Source of the DNA: a virus
Taxonomy: Duplodnaviria; Caudoviricetes
DNA: 64,000 nt
IMG/VR virus record: IMGVR_UViG_3300048572_000043
Coordinates: 37,857-101,856 of that record
Direction: 5' to 3' (one strand)
Shown here: positions 8,717 to 17,890 of the stretch, piece after piece
Numbering within the stretch: the first letter of the stretch is position 1
How the letters are laid out: each line of letters starts with the position of its first letter
Made by a program: the position numbers and the translations under genes
Notes under the pieces: generated by a model
The model's input: the letters and a program-made list of their open reading frames with translations, nothing else
What the model was told of the DNA's origin: nothing
Database searches by the model: none

Positions 8717-10978
8717 ATGAATAAGAACACAAACGTTAAAAAAAGAAATGGCTCTACTGAAAAGTTTAATATAGAAAAAATAAACAAAGTAATCAACTGG
8801 GCAATTGATGGTTATAGCGGGGTTAGTTTAACAGATATTGAAATTAATGCTAAAATTAATATTCACGATGGAATCAACACGAAGGAGATTCATAACCTAT
8901 TAATTGAAAGTGCAGCAAATTTGATTTCAATTGAAAAACCAAACTATCAATACGTTGCAGCTAGATTATTAAATTATCAACTCAGAAAAGATGTTTGGAA
9001 AGGTAAACATGCCCCTAGACTATCAGAGTTTTTAAATCAAAATATTAAAAATAAAGTTTATGACTCAAGTATTTTAAATGACTATTCGGAGGATGAGATA
9101 AATAAGATTGGAGAATTCATTGACCATGATAGAGACTTTATTTTTACTTACGCTGGAATCAAACAGCTTTGCGATAAATATTTAATTAAGAATAGAACTA
9201 CTGGAGAAATTCATGAAACTCCACAATTTGCTTATATATTAATTGCAGCTTATGCTTTTGCAAAATACCCAGTAGAGACAAGACTTTCATATGTTAGAAA
9301 ATTTTACGATGCTATTAGTAAACACAAGATCAATCTCCCAACACCAGTAATGGCAGGAGTTAGAACATCTAGTAGAAATTATGCTAGTTGTTGTTTAATT
9401 GGAGTAGATGATACAAAAGATAGTATTACAGCTAGTGCTACTGCGGTAAGCATGGCTACTGCTAATAGATGTGGAATTGGAATTGATATAAGTAAAATTA
9501 GAGCTATTGGATCTTCTATTAAGAATGGAGAAGTTGTACATACTGGTTTAATTCCATTTTTAAAAATATATGAAAGTAGCGTAAAAGCATGGCAACAGAA
9601 TGGATTGAGAGGTGGTAGCGCGACTTGCAATATTCAATGGTGGCATTATGAAATCGAAGATATCGTTGTATTAAAAAATAACGCAGGAACAGATGATAAT
9701 AGAGTTCGTAAACTTGACTATACAGTTGGCATGAGTAAACTATTCTATGATAGAGTATTAAAAGATGAAGATATCACTCTATTTAACAACGCAGAGGTTC
9801 CTGAGCTTTACGAAGCATGGGGAACAAAAGATTTTGATAAAGTATATAAAGAATGTGAATCTAAAAAATTAAAATTAAAAAAGAAAATGTCTGCTCGTAA
9901 ACTATTTTCCCTTATTATCAAAGAGAGAGTTGAAACTGGTAGGATTTATATTTTAAATGTAGATCATGCAAATAATCATGGAGCATGGTTAGATAAAGTT
10001 ACAATGAGCAATCTTTGTACAGAAGTTATTCATCCTACGATTCCATTAAATGATTATCACGATAAAGAAGGCGAAATTGGGATGTGTATTCTTTCAGCAG
10101 TAAACATGCTAGAAATAAAAAACTGGCAGGATCTTGAAAAGACTTGCGATCTTATCGTAAGATTTTTAGACGAAATCATTGAGCTTCAAGATTATTTTAA
10201 TATTGCTGCTGAAAATTTTGCTAAAAAACGTAGAAGCCTTGGAGTTGGAATTACCAATCTTGCAGCTTTTCTTGCTAAAAATGAATTGAAATATAGTTCC
10301 GATAAGTCATTGTCAGTTGTCGATGAATGGATGGAGCATTTTCAATATTATTTATTAAAGAGTAGCGTCGAATTAGCTAAAGAAAAGGGCAAATGCGATA
10401 AGTTTCATAGAACCAAATATTCAAAAGGTATACTTCCTATTGATACTTACAAAGATAAAGTAGATGAACTAGTCAAAAGAAAATTATCACTTGATTGGGA
10501 TAAATTAAGAAAAGATATTAAAGAATTTGGTTTGAGACATTCAACCTTATCTTCTTGTATGCCTTGTGAGAGCAGTTCTGTAATTCAATGCTCAACAAAC
10601 GGAGTAGAACCTATTCGTAGTCTTATAACATATAAAACTAGCAAAATGGGCAAACTTCCAGTTATGGTTCCAGGAATTGGAAAGTATGACGAGAATTATG
10701 AATTAGCATATGATTTAAAAGATAACTCTGGAGTACTTAAAATTAATGCAGTAATCCAAAAATATATTGACATGGCTATATCAACTAATGTATACTACAA
10801 CTATAGTCATTATGAAAACAATATTCTTCCAGATGCTAAAGTTATGAAAGAGCTTATTTACGCTTATAGCCTTGGATTGATTAGTTTGTATTACAATAAC
10901 ACAGATGACGGAGATAAAGAACAATCGCTCAATCAAAAAGAAAATGGAGATTGTTCTAGTGGAGCGTGTAAACTATAG
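8717..10978 (+). CDS. nrdA: Ribonucleotide reductase class Ia alpha subunit
   Basis: N-terminal ATP cone (VKKRNGSTE), PTPVMAG, ASCC, SNLCTE, PCESSS, TNGVEP, C-terminal CSSGACKL. Confidence 0.97.
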   Translation: MNKNTNVKKRNGSTEKFNIEKINKVINWAIDGYSGVSLTDIEINAKINIHDGINTKEIHNLLIESAANLISIEKPNYQYVAARLLNYQLRKDVWKGKHAPRLSEFLNQNIKNKVYDSSILNDYSEDEINKIGEFIDHDRDFIFTYAGIKQLCDKYLIKNRTTGEIHETPQFAYILIAAYAFAKYPVETRLSYVRKFYDAISKHKINLPTPVMAGVRTSSRNYASCCLIGVDDTKDSITASATAVSMATANRCGIGIDISKIRAIGSSIKNGEVVHTGLIPFLKIYESSVKAWQQNGLRGGSATCNIQWWHYEIEDIVVLKNNAGTDDNRVRKLDYTVGMSKLFYDRVLKDEDITLFNNAEVPELYEAWGTKDFDKVYKECESKKLKLKKKMSARKLFSLIIKERVETGRIYILNVDHANNHGAWLDKVTMSNLCTEVIHPTIPLNDYHDKEGEIGMCILSAVNMLEIKNWQDLEKTCDLIVRFLDEIIELQDYFNIAAENFAKKRRSLGVGITNLAAFLAKNELKYSSDKSLSVVDEWMEHFQYYLLKSSVELAKEKGKCDKFHRTKYSKGILPIDTYKDKVDELVKRKLSLDWDKLRKDIKEFGLRHSTLSSCMPCESSSVIQCSTNGVEPIRSLITYKTSKMGKLPVMVPGIGKYDENYELAYDLKDNSGVLKINAVIQKYIDMAISTNVYYNYSHYENNILPDAKVMKELIYAYSLGLISLYYNNTDDGDKEQSLNQKENGDCSSGACKL

Positions 10979-10981
10979 TCC

Positions 10982-12046
10982 ATGAAAACAGTATTAAATT
11001 TTAAAAACATAGATACCACAAAGCAGCCTCTTTTCCTCGGAGAAGATCTTAATCTTCAAAGATATGATCGATTTAAATATCCAATATTTTTTGAATTATT
11101 TAAAAAGCAAAATGAAAATTTTTGGTGGCCTCACGAAATAGCACTAGGAAAAGACAGAAGTGATTATAAAAATTTAACTGATACAGAAAGATTTGTATTT
11201 GATAGTAATTTGAGATTTCAAACACTTGGAGATAGCATGCTGTCTAGAAGCATACATTCCCTCAAAGACTACGTCAGTAATCCAGAACTAGAAATATGTA
11301 TGAATACTTGGGCGCAATTTGAAGGTATTCATAGTTATTCTTACTCTTATCTCTTAAATAATGTATATCCAGATCCAACCAAATTCTTTGATAGTATTAT
11401 GGAAGATAAAGAAATAACAAGTCGCGCTCAATTGATTAGAGATAATTTTGATAAAATTCTTGGTGATGATGAAAAGAAAGATCCTAAACAAAAGATTTTT
11501 GATGCTATTCTTTCTATTAACGTAATGGAAGGGCTTGTATTTTATGTTTCATTCGCTTGTTCTTTTTACTTTGGATATAGAGGAAAGATGGAAGGCAACT
11601 CTAAGATTATTAAATTCATTCAAAGAGATGAAGCTCTGCATTTTGCGGTTAGTCAAAACTTACTTAAAATATTAAGAGACGAAGATAAAGAGGGCTTTAC
11701 AAGTATAGTAAAGAAAAGCGAAGATAAGATTTATGCTTTTTATGAACAAGCTGCTAAAAATGAAAGCGAGTGGTCCAAATATCTATTTAGTAAAGGTAGT
11801 TTGCTTGGTTTAAATGCGGAAGTGTTAGATGGTTATTCTAAATGGTTATGCGATTCTAGATTAAGAAGCCTTGGCTATAAGAAGATATTTAATCAAAAGG
11901 ACAATCCTATCGGTGGATGGCATGATAGCTATTTAGATAGTAGCAAAGTACAAGTTGCACCTCAAGAAACAGAAATTTCAAGTTACAAAGTTGGAGCAAG
12001 AAAAACAGATATATCAGATGATGATTTTGGTGATTTGAAACTATAA
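10982..12046 (+). CDS. nrdB: Ribonucleotide reductase class Ia beta subunit
   Basis: FWWPHE, EGIHSYSY, EGLVFYVSF, RDEALH, VAPQETEISSY. Confidence 0.97.
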   Translation: MKTVLNFKNIDTTKQPLFLGEDLNLQRYDRFKYPIFFELFKKQNENFWWPHEIALGKDRSDYKNLTDTERFVFDSNLRFQTLGDSMLSRSIHSLKDYVSNPELEICMNTWAQFEGIHSYSYSYLLNNVYPDPTKFFDSIMEDKEITSRAQLIRDNFDKILGDDEKKDPKQKIFDAILSINVMEGLVFYVSFACSFYFGYRGKMEGNSKIIKFIQRDEALHFAVSQNLLKILRDEDKEGFTSIVKKSEDKIYAFYEQAAKNESEWSKYLFSKGSLLGLNAEVLDGYSKWLCDSRLRSLGYKKIFNQKDNPIGGWHDSYLDSSKVQVAPQETEISSYKVGARKTDISDDDFGDLKL

Positions 12047-12069
12047 TTTTGGCGTATTTAATTCTTATA

Positions 12070-12819
12070 TTAAGACCAATACTCGCTAGCAGTAAAATTT
12101 ATACTAAAATTACCGCTCGGCGTAGGCTCTGGGTCTAATGGATTACAACCAATCGGCCCAGAAAAAGTAGCTCCAAATAAACTTAAAGACCAAGAACCAA
12201 CACTAAAAGAAGGGGGATCGCTGAAGGATCCTCCACCTAAAGCCAAAGTAGTACCATCATCAGATAAAATCCATTTTCCTAGCATTCTATAGCTTGATTC
12301 GCTCAACTTAGAAAACACGGGGTAAAATTGTAGATCCATTAAATAATCGGCTCGTAAATTTGGGTTGGTAAAATTTAATATCCCACTTTTGTAATGTTGA
12401 CGCTCTCCATACGGACTACACACTAATTTTTCCTGGTTAGTAACGTAAGTAACATCACCATCATGGTCGTAGTATTTAGTTTCTAGTTCTCCTCCCCCAA
12501 AAAGAATTGTTGGTTCCCCATTAATAATACCATTACCAGAGGCGGTTACCTTAAATTTTTTAACTCTCCAATATAGGTTCATAATATCCTCAAGTGAGCC
12601 TTGAAATATTTTCAAATAAGGTGACGGCGGCTGAGTACAACTTGGAAAAGCGCCAATCTTTCCATTACCATCGATTATTGGACACCCTTCATCATTAACT
12701 GGAGATCTTAAAGAACATGCACAAGCTTTTAAAGTAGTATCGTTCCTAACAGCTATGTTTTTAAGAATAGATTTAATATAATCTGGATAATCTGCTCCTG
12801 ATATTATTGCACATGGCAT
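12070..12819 (-). CDS. MPCA-family protein, copy B
   Basis: Shared N-terminal domain; YWRVK and EKLVC motifs; ends EYWS. Confidence 0.8.
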   Translation of the reverse strand: MPCAIISGADYPDYIKSILKNIAVRNDTTLKACACSLRSPVNDEGCPIIDGNGKIGAFPSCTQPPSPYLKIFQGSLEDIMNLYWRVKKFKVTASGNGIINGEPTILFGGGELETKYYDHDGDVTYVTNQEKLVCSPYGERQHYKSGILNFTNPNLRADYLMDLQFYPVFSKLSESSYRMLGKWILSDDGTTLALGGGSFSDPPSFSVGSWSLSLFGATFSGPIGCNPLDPEPTPSGNFSINFTASEYWS

Positions 12820-12886
12820 ATATTATATATACACTATTTAATAGTGTAAACTATTAGTGAGCAATTTAAGTGAATCACTAGCAATA
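12785..12886. repeat. Direct repeat copy 1 (about 100 bp; second copy at about 13879-13980)
   Basis: ggataatctgctcctgat...gtgaatcactagcaata is identical to copy 2 apart from one base. Confidence 0.9.
12830..12848. promoter_or_regulatory. Back-to-back GTGTA motifs (TACACTATTTAATAGTGTA), candidate divergent late promoter
   Basis: Palindrome places GTGTA 10 nt upstream of the MPCA ATG on the minus strand and 8 nt upstream of GTG 12857 on the plus strand. Confidence 0.65.
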
Positions 12887-13072
12887 TGTTCTGAGTTTGC
12901 AGATGAATACGGCATAGACTCTAAAGATAATAATAAAATTATAGTATACATGAAAAGCGAATATATTAATGAATTAAAGAATATGCTTGAAAATAAAAAT
13001 TATAAATTAAAATCTTTTCAAGTATATGGTGATGAAGCAATAGTATATTTTATTCCTAAAAAAAGAAAATAA
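12857..13072 (+). CDS. Hypothetical protein (71 aa)
   Basis: ORF track; GTGTA upstream; truncated duplicate at 13951-14010. Confidence 0.6.
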   Translation: MSNLSESLAICSEFADEYGIDSKDNNKIIVYMKSEYINELKNMLENKNYKLKSFQVYGDEAIVYFIPKKRK

Positions 13073-13073
13073 G

Positions 13074-13145
13074 AGCCAGAAATTGGATTCGAACCGATGA
13101 CCTTCTCGTTACAAGTGAGATGCACTACCACTGTGCTATTCTGGC
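13074..13145 (-). tRNA. tRNA-Thr(UGU)
   Basis: Reverse complement GCCAGAA...TTCTGGC acceptor stem, anticodon loop CTTGTAA, GGTTCGAAT T-loop; no encoded CCA. Confidence 0.92.
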
Positions 13146-13913
13146 TTACTTTAATCCATTTCTTGTTATAGTACAATTTGATATCTGATTATCACCACCA
13201 ATCATATCTACACTAAGTGAAACAAATCTAAATTTACCTACTACTATCCCTGGAGGGCCAACGAAAGTACGTGGAACACCGCCCGCAATACCATCTAAAT
13301 AATATAATATTATATAAAAATTCCCTTGATAAAAATAAACAGGATATTCTGAATCAATATATAAACCAACTTCTGGTGTCCATGGGTCAATTACTGGGAC
13401 ATCACAATTGTCATTATTAGCATCTTGTCCTTCAAACGTATAAATTACTTCATAGTAAGCTGGACTATCACAGGTCTGTTTTAAAAAATTTTCTATACTA
13501 ACATTATCTCTGGAACTAGGACCCCTAGCAGTAAGTGAATGCGTTACTATTCTAACATCTTCGATTGGGGCACCACAATTTATTGGACCAAAACTCCAGA
13601 ATCCAGATGCGTTTATACTATAATTATACGGTGCCCACCATAATTCCATAAGCTGTTTAAGAGTAAATCTAGTATATGCAGGATAGCCATTACTTATAAG
13701 TAATAGTGGATCACTATCTGTGTTAATAACACAAAATGGGAAAGCTCCAATTTTGCCATCTTCATCTAAAATTGTACATCCATCATTATCAACTGGCGAC
13801 TTCAAAGAACAAACGCAAGTTTTTGCATAGGTATCGTTTCCAGCATTTATTCTTTTGATAGCATTCTTAAGATAATTTGGATAATCTGCTCCTGATGTTA
13901 TTGCACATGGCAT
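13146..13913 (-). CDS. MPCA-family protein, copy C (most divergent, lacks terminal YW[PS])
   Basis: Shared N-terminal domain; stop codon abuts the 5' end of tRNA-Thr. Confidence 0.8.
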   Translation of the reverse strand: MPCAITSGADYPNYLKNAIKRINAGNDTYAKTCVCSLKSPVDNDGCTILDEDGKIGAFPFCVINTDSDPLLLISNGYPAYTRFTLKQLMELWWAPYNYSINASGFWSFGPINCGAPIEDVRIVTHSLTARGPSSRDNVSIENFLKQTCDSPAYYEVIYTFEGQDANNDNCDVPVIDPWTPEVGLYIDSEYPVYFYQGNFYIILYYLDGIAGGVPRTFVGPPGIVVGKFRFVSLSVDMIGGDNQISNCTITRNGLK

Positions 13914-13950
13914 ATATTATATATACACTATTTAATAGTGTAAACTATTA

Positions 13951-14010
13951 GTGAGCAATTTAAGTGAATCACTAGCAATAGTATATTTTATTCCTAAAAA
14001 AAGAAAATAA
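13951..14010 (+). pseudogene. Internally deleted duplicate of the 12857-13072 gene (MSNLSESLAIVYFIPKKRK)
   Basis: Both ends identical to the intact gene; 156 bp missing between two AGCAATA microhomologies. Confidence 0.85.
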
Positions 14011-14036
14011 AATTTTATGTTTTTAAAAATTGCTAC

Positions 14037-14807
14037 TTAAGGCCAGTATTCTTTTGCCCTAACACTCATAGATACACTGCCCTTAATCTTATTACCCCCA
14101 AAAGTACAAGAGACATATATTGGAAAACTTCCTTTATAACCTTCAAATGAAAGATCGCACTGTCCAGCGTAATCATCATTAATATTCGAAGTGGATAAAT
14201 AAGCACTTCCCATATCAATAACCACATAAATATTACTATTTGAACCAATTACTGCTCCTATCTCTGAATTAAAGTAATAAGTTAAATAAGTATTTTCAGC
14301 AGTTTGTGGTGCTTGATCACCATATTTAACCGTTTGATTTGCAACAAATCCACGGAAGTCCGATGTCTCAAAAGGACAAACTAGTTTTTCCTGCGTAAAA
14401 TTTGGCGGAAAATAAGGATCATAAAGATTACGAAATTCTGTATAACCAGTACTTATGTAAGTATTAGTCGAATCATCAAAATTAGGACCTCCATTACAAG
14501 TTATACTTCCACTTAATGTAACTTCCCATGTTTTTACTTTCCAAAATAAAGTCATAGCTTGTTTAAGAGTAAGCTCTAAATATTGTAAACCTTCCCCTGG
14601 GGTTGGCGTTCCTATTGGTAAGCAAAATGGAAAAGCTCCAACCTTACCATCTTGATCTGTTATTAGACATCCTTCATCTGTAAGTGGGGATTTAAGATCA
14701 GAGCAAGCACAAGCTTTTAAATCATCATCATTTCCAACAGCTATCTTTTTAAGAATAGATTTAAGGTAATCTGGATAATTATCTGGTTCTGTTAAAGCGC
14801 ATGGCAT
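14037..14807 (-). CDS. MPCA-family protein, copy D
   Basis: Shared N-terminal domain; FWKVKTW and EKLVC motifs; ends EYWP. Confidence 0.8.
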   Translation of the reverse strand: MPCALTEPDNYPDYLKSILKKIAVGNDDDLKACACSDLKSPLTDEGCLITDQDGKVGAFPFCLPIGTPTPGEGLQYLELTLKQAMTLFWKVKTWEVTLSGSITCNGGPNFDDSTNTYISTGYTEFRNLYDPYFPPNFTQEKLVCPFETSDFRGFVANQTVKYGDQAPQTAENTYLTYYFNSEIGAVIGSNSNIYVVIDMGSAYLSTSNINDDYAGQCDLSFEGYKGSFPIYVSCTFGGNKIKGSVSMSVRAKEYWP

Positions 14808-14873
14808 ACTTTAAATTTACACATTAAAGGCAATTATCTTGACTTTCTTATAAAATTTATATAATATATTAAT

Positions 14874-15080
14874 ATGAGACTAGTATTATCATATATTTTA
14901 TATATTATAGGCGATATTATTAGTAGAACCATAATGTTTTGGGGAGATGGATACGGATTTAAAATCTACAACAAAGTAATGCTATGGAGTGTTGATTTAG
15001 ATACTAAAGGTAAAATTTGGAAATACGTTAAACCCAAAAGGAAAAAGAAAAATGTTAAAAAAAATTCTAGACTTTATTGA
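14874..15080 (+). CDS. Small hypothetical protein
   Basis: ORF directly behind a TTGACT...TATAAT-type promoter. Confidence 0.55.
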   Translation: MRLVLSYILYIIGDIISRTIMFWGDGYGFKIYNKVMLWSVDLDTKGKIWKYVKPKRKKKNVKKNSRLY

Positions 15081-15342
15081 TGGAGTATTTGAAGAAGAAA
15101 AAGAGCAACCAGTATTAGGCTCTCTTTATAAGATCAAAGGCGAAGTTTTACCTTTTAGATATATTAGATTTACTAACGAAGTTTATTCAAATAAACCAGT
15201 ATATCATTTCAAACATCACCAATTAAAAGAATATAAATTCAATAATCTATCTAAAGTAGAAAGAAAAGCTAATAAAGAAGAAGTAAGAATATATAATTTA
15301 ATTAAAAATCATGTAAATGAAGTAGCAGAAAGTAATATTTAA
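15052..15342 (+). CDS. Hypothetical protein
   Basis: ORF track; co-oriented with the following tRNA. Confidence 0.55.
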   Translation: MLKKILDFIDGVFEEEKEQPVLGSLYKIKGEVLPFRYIRFTNEVYSNKPVYHFKHHQLKEYKFNNLSKVERKANKEEVRIYNLIKNHVNEVAESNI

Positions 15343-15429
15343 GGAACGATGGCTGAGTGGTCTAAAGCAGAAGTTTACTAAACTTCCGATGGTTAACTCC
15401 ATCCGTAGGTTCGAATCCTACTCGTTCCG
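15343..15429 (+). tRNA. tRNA-Ser with unusual ACU anticodon (type II, long variable arm)
   Basis: GGAACGA/TCGTTCC acceptor, G discriminator, GAAGT-TTACTAA-ACTTC anticodon arm, GATGG/CCATC variable stem, GTAGG-TTCGAAT-CCTAC T-arm. Confidence 0.88.
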
Positions 15430-15439
15430 ATAGATTTAC

Positions 15440-16729
15440 TTAACTCAAAGTACTAATTGTTGACATTAATATATTTATCCTAGATTTTAATAAAGATAAG
15501 TTTAAATTTTCGCCAAGTGAATAAAAAGTAAACCTTACGTTGGCATGAGCAATCGCACTAAAATTAAAAGCACAACCAGCTCTATAATTTGTAGCGTATA
15601 TAAATATATTATTATTTTTTGGAGATAAACCCCCTCTTAGTCTAGTTGTTTCAGAAGAGTTATCTCTAATAATAGCTGTTGAATTATTATCTGATGATAA
15701 CCCAATAAATCCATTAGGAGAAAATAAAGATATAGCTGCGCCACTAATCGCTCTAACAAAAACTGACCATGCACTACCATTCCAAACTAAAGCTTCGCCG
15801 TCAGATGGACTACATCCATCTAATGCACCATAAATATAACCATTGCTATTAATTGATGTAGACGTAGTGTAAAACGCTCGATGAATGCTATTCTCTGGAT
15901 CAGCATTGCAAGCTCTATTAGAATTTAAATATTTATTAGAGGCGTTTCCTTGTAAACCTGTTGCTCTATTATAATCGGAAGAAATAAAATTAAAATTTGT
16001 TGGGGCGATTCCTTTTAATGGAACTAATGCTCCATTTAATGTTCTAGCGCCAGCTAAAATACAAGAACTTTTGATAGCATCCCAAATTCCATCAGACTTA
16101 CACCCTACAACAAAAGCATTGATAGCATTTGTAGTTGCATCTTCTAAAAGCTGACCATCCGCAGCTTCAACATTATTAATATATATAGCAGCATCAGGGT
16201 CATAAGCAGAAAGAGATCTTCTTTTATTAGTAGTTAATTTTCCACTTGCACCACTTTTTATCACATTGTCACTTATAAGAACTACTGGTATTCCATTTAA
16301 AGTTGAACTCCATCCAGTAACAAAATTTTTCTTACGATAAAATTTTAAATCTTCGCTACCGTTTGCAAAAGCATTTCCATTTATATTTGTTGGAACATTT
16401 CCTAAGAAATTAACTCTAATTAAATTGTATGAACTTTCAAAAGCATTAATTGCAATATTTATCGCGCTATTAAAAATAGTGACACTAGTTAAACCATCAC
16501 AAGATTCAAATGCAAAAGAGTTTATACTCGTAACATTACTTGGTATAACAATGTTTTTTATTTGAGTGCAATTAGAGAATGCCTGAAATGCAATACTCGT
16601 AACTGTATCTCCTATATTAACGCTAATTAAAGTTGCGCTTGTACCAGATTGCCTACTCGTATTTGTAATTATTGTATCAGCACTTGTACTTGGCGCGCGA
16701 TCACTATAATAGAATGTTGTTAAAGCCAT
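15440..16729 (-). CDS. BspA-type leucine-rich-repeat protein fused to a conserved phage beta-rich domain (putative virion adhesin)
   Basis: VTSIAFQAFSNCTQIKNIVIPSNVTSINSFAFESCDGLTSVTI LRR_5-like repeats; DPDAAIYI..VEAADGQ.LE domain; GTGTA upstream. Confidence 0.75.
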   Translation of the reverse strand: MALTTFYYSDRAPSTSADTIITNTSRQSGTSATLISVNIGDTVTSIAFQAFSNCTQIKNIVIPSNVTSINSFAFESCDGLTSVTIFNSAINIAINAFESSYNLIRVNFLGNVPTNINGNAFANGSEDLKFYRKKNFVTGWSSTLNGIPVVLISDNVIKSGASGKLTTNKRRSLSAYDPDAAIYINNVEAADGQLLEDATTNAINAFVVGCKSDGIWDAIKSSCILAGARTLNGALVPLKGIAPTNFNFISSDYNRATGLQGNASNKYLNSNRACNADPENSIHRAFYTTSTSINSNGYIYGALDGCSPSDGEALVWNGSAWSVFVRAISGAAISLFSPNGFIGLSSDNNSTAIIRDNSSETTRLRGGLSPKNNNIFIYATNYRAGCAFNFSAIAHANVRFTFYSLGENLNLSLLKSRINILMSTISTLS

Positions 16730-16816
16730 ATATCTTTAATTTACACCCTTATTTGCTAATAAGAAAAGGTCAAATATATTTGACAAAATCTCAATATAAA
16801 CATATAATATATTAAT

Positions 16817-17110
16817 ATGAATAAAATTAAAACACTAGCATTAATAGCACTATTTTCTGCCTCTTTAGGCTTGTCTGATACTGGCACTCAAAGTGAGTCT
16901 ACTCCAGTAGCGGACGGTTTTTTAGCCGCAGGAGATTTTGTATTTGTTAGACCAATATCCTCTGCAGCGACTATTGGCGCATTTGGAATTTTTGCAGTAG
17001 TAGCACCATTTACAGAGATGGCTGGATGCACAGAAGAAACTTACGAAGGTTTAGTTGAGAGTGTCGGAAAGTTTAGTTTTGATCGCGATCTTGGCGATTT
17101 CAAAAAGTAA
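16817..17110 (+). CDS. Exported or membrane protein
   Basis: Signal peptide and hydrophobic segment; DFVFVRP...R.LGDF motif. Confidence 0.6.
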   Translation: MNKIKTLALIALFSASLGLSDTGTQSESTPVADGFLAAGDFVFVRPISSAATIGAFGIFAVVAPFTEMAGCTEETYEGLVESVGKFSFDRDLGDFKK

Positions 17111-17173
17111 TATTTGCTAACGAGATTTAGCCAAATATATACTTATATTTGCTAATGCGATATTTCCAAATAA

Positions 17174-17659
17174 GTGACTACTTTTCTTAATCCAATAAGT
17201 AATTCTAAGATTGATGTAATAGATTATTTAGATTCAAATGTTTGGGTTCGATTAAGTAATACTAAATATGGAGTAGGAGTTATCGCTTTAAGACATATAC
17301 CAAAAAATACAAAAATAACAGATTATGATGATTATGAACTTAAAAGTTTATCAATAAAAATTTTTCTAGTAAATCATCAAGACTTTACAAGAGATATAAC
17401 TAAACTACATCCAAACATTCAAAACTTAATAAAAGATAGATATATATTTCACGACTTAGGTGAAGGACATATTCTGTCACCAAATTCACATCAAATATAC
17501 AGATTATATATAAATCATAGCGATGATCCTAATGTAGACAATAACTTAGTATCTATTAAAGATATAAACGAAGGAGAAGAAATAACATTCTCTTATAAAG
17601 ATATTGTTTTAAATGATGCTCATATTGTATCAAAAAAACATTATAATTATGTAGCTTAA
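17174..17659 (+). CDS. SET-domain protein (putative lysine methyltransferase)
   Basis: GVGVIALRHIPKNT, YINHSDDPN and DINEGEEITFSY SET signatures. Confidence 0.8.
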   Translation: MTTFLNPISNSKIDVIDYLDSNVWVRLSNTKYGVGVIALRHIPKNTKITDYDDYELKSLSIKIFLVNHQDFTRDITKLHPNIQNLIKDRYIFHDLGEGHILSPNSHQIYRLYINHSDDPNVDNNLVSIKDINEGEEITFSYKDIVLNDAHIVSKKHYNYVA

Positions 17660-17890
17660 ATATTTATAAATTTATGAATGAAAATTGTCCAAATACGAAC
17701 ACAAAAAAGCCAAATATATGAACGAAAAAAGTGCAAATAATAGTGCTGGAAAAGGCGATAAAGCAAGAAATTGTTTCTCTAATAGGTTTAAGGAAAACTT
17801 TGATAGTATAAATTGGTCGGACGAAAGAGATAAGTCGTTGATTAAAAAAGAATTAAAAAACCATAATGGTTCATCCACATATATTTACAG

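Noticed and set aside
8717-12046. Introns or inteins in nrdA/nrdB
   Set aside because: Both ORFs are continuous and of normal length; the HNH genes at 19200 and 20801 appear free-standing
2786-14807. Diversity-generating retroelement or shufflon behind the MPCA variation
   Set aside because: No reverse transcriptase, no template/variable repeat pair differing at adenines, and no invertase seen; each copy is a complete gene with its own upstream motif
15343-15429. Amber suppressor tRNA (CUA) and TAG recoding
   Set aside because: A canonical 5-bp stem with 7-nt loop gives ACU, not CUA; nrdA ends at TAG after its conserved C-terminus and long genes are intact in code 11
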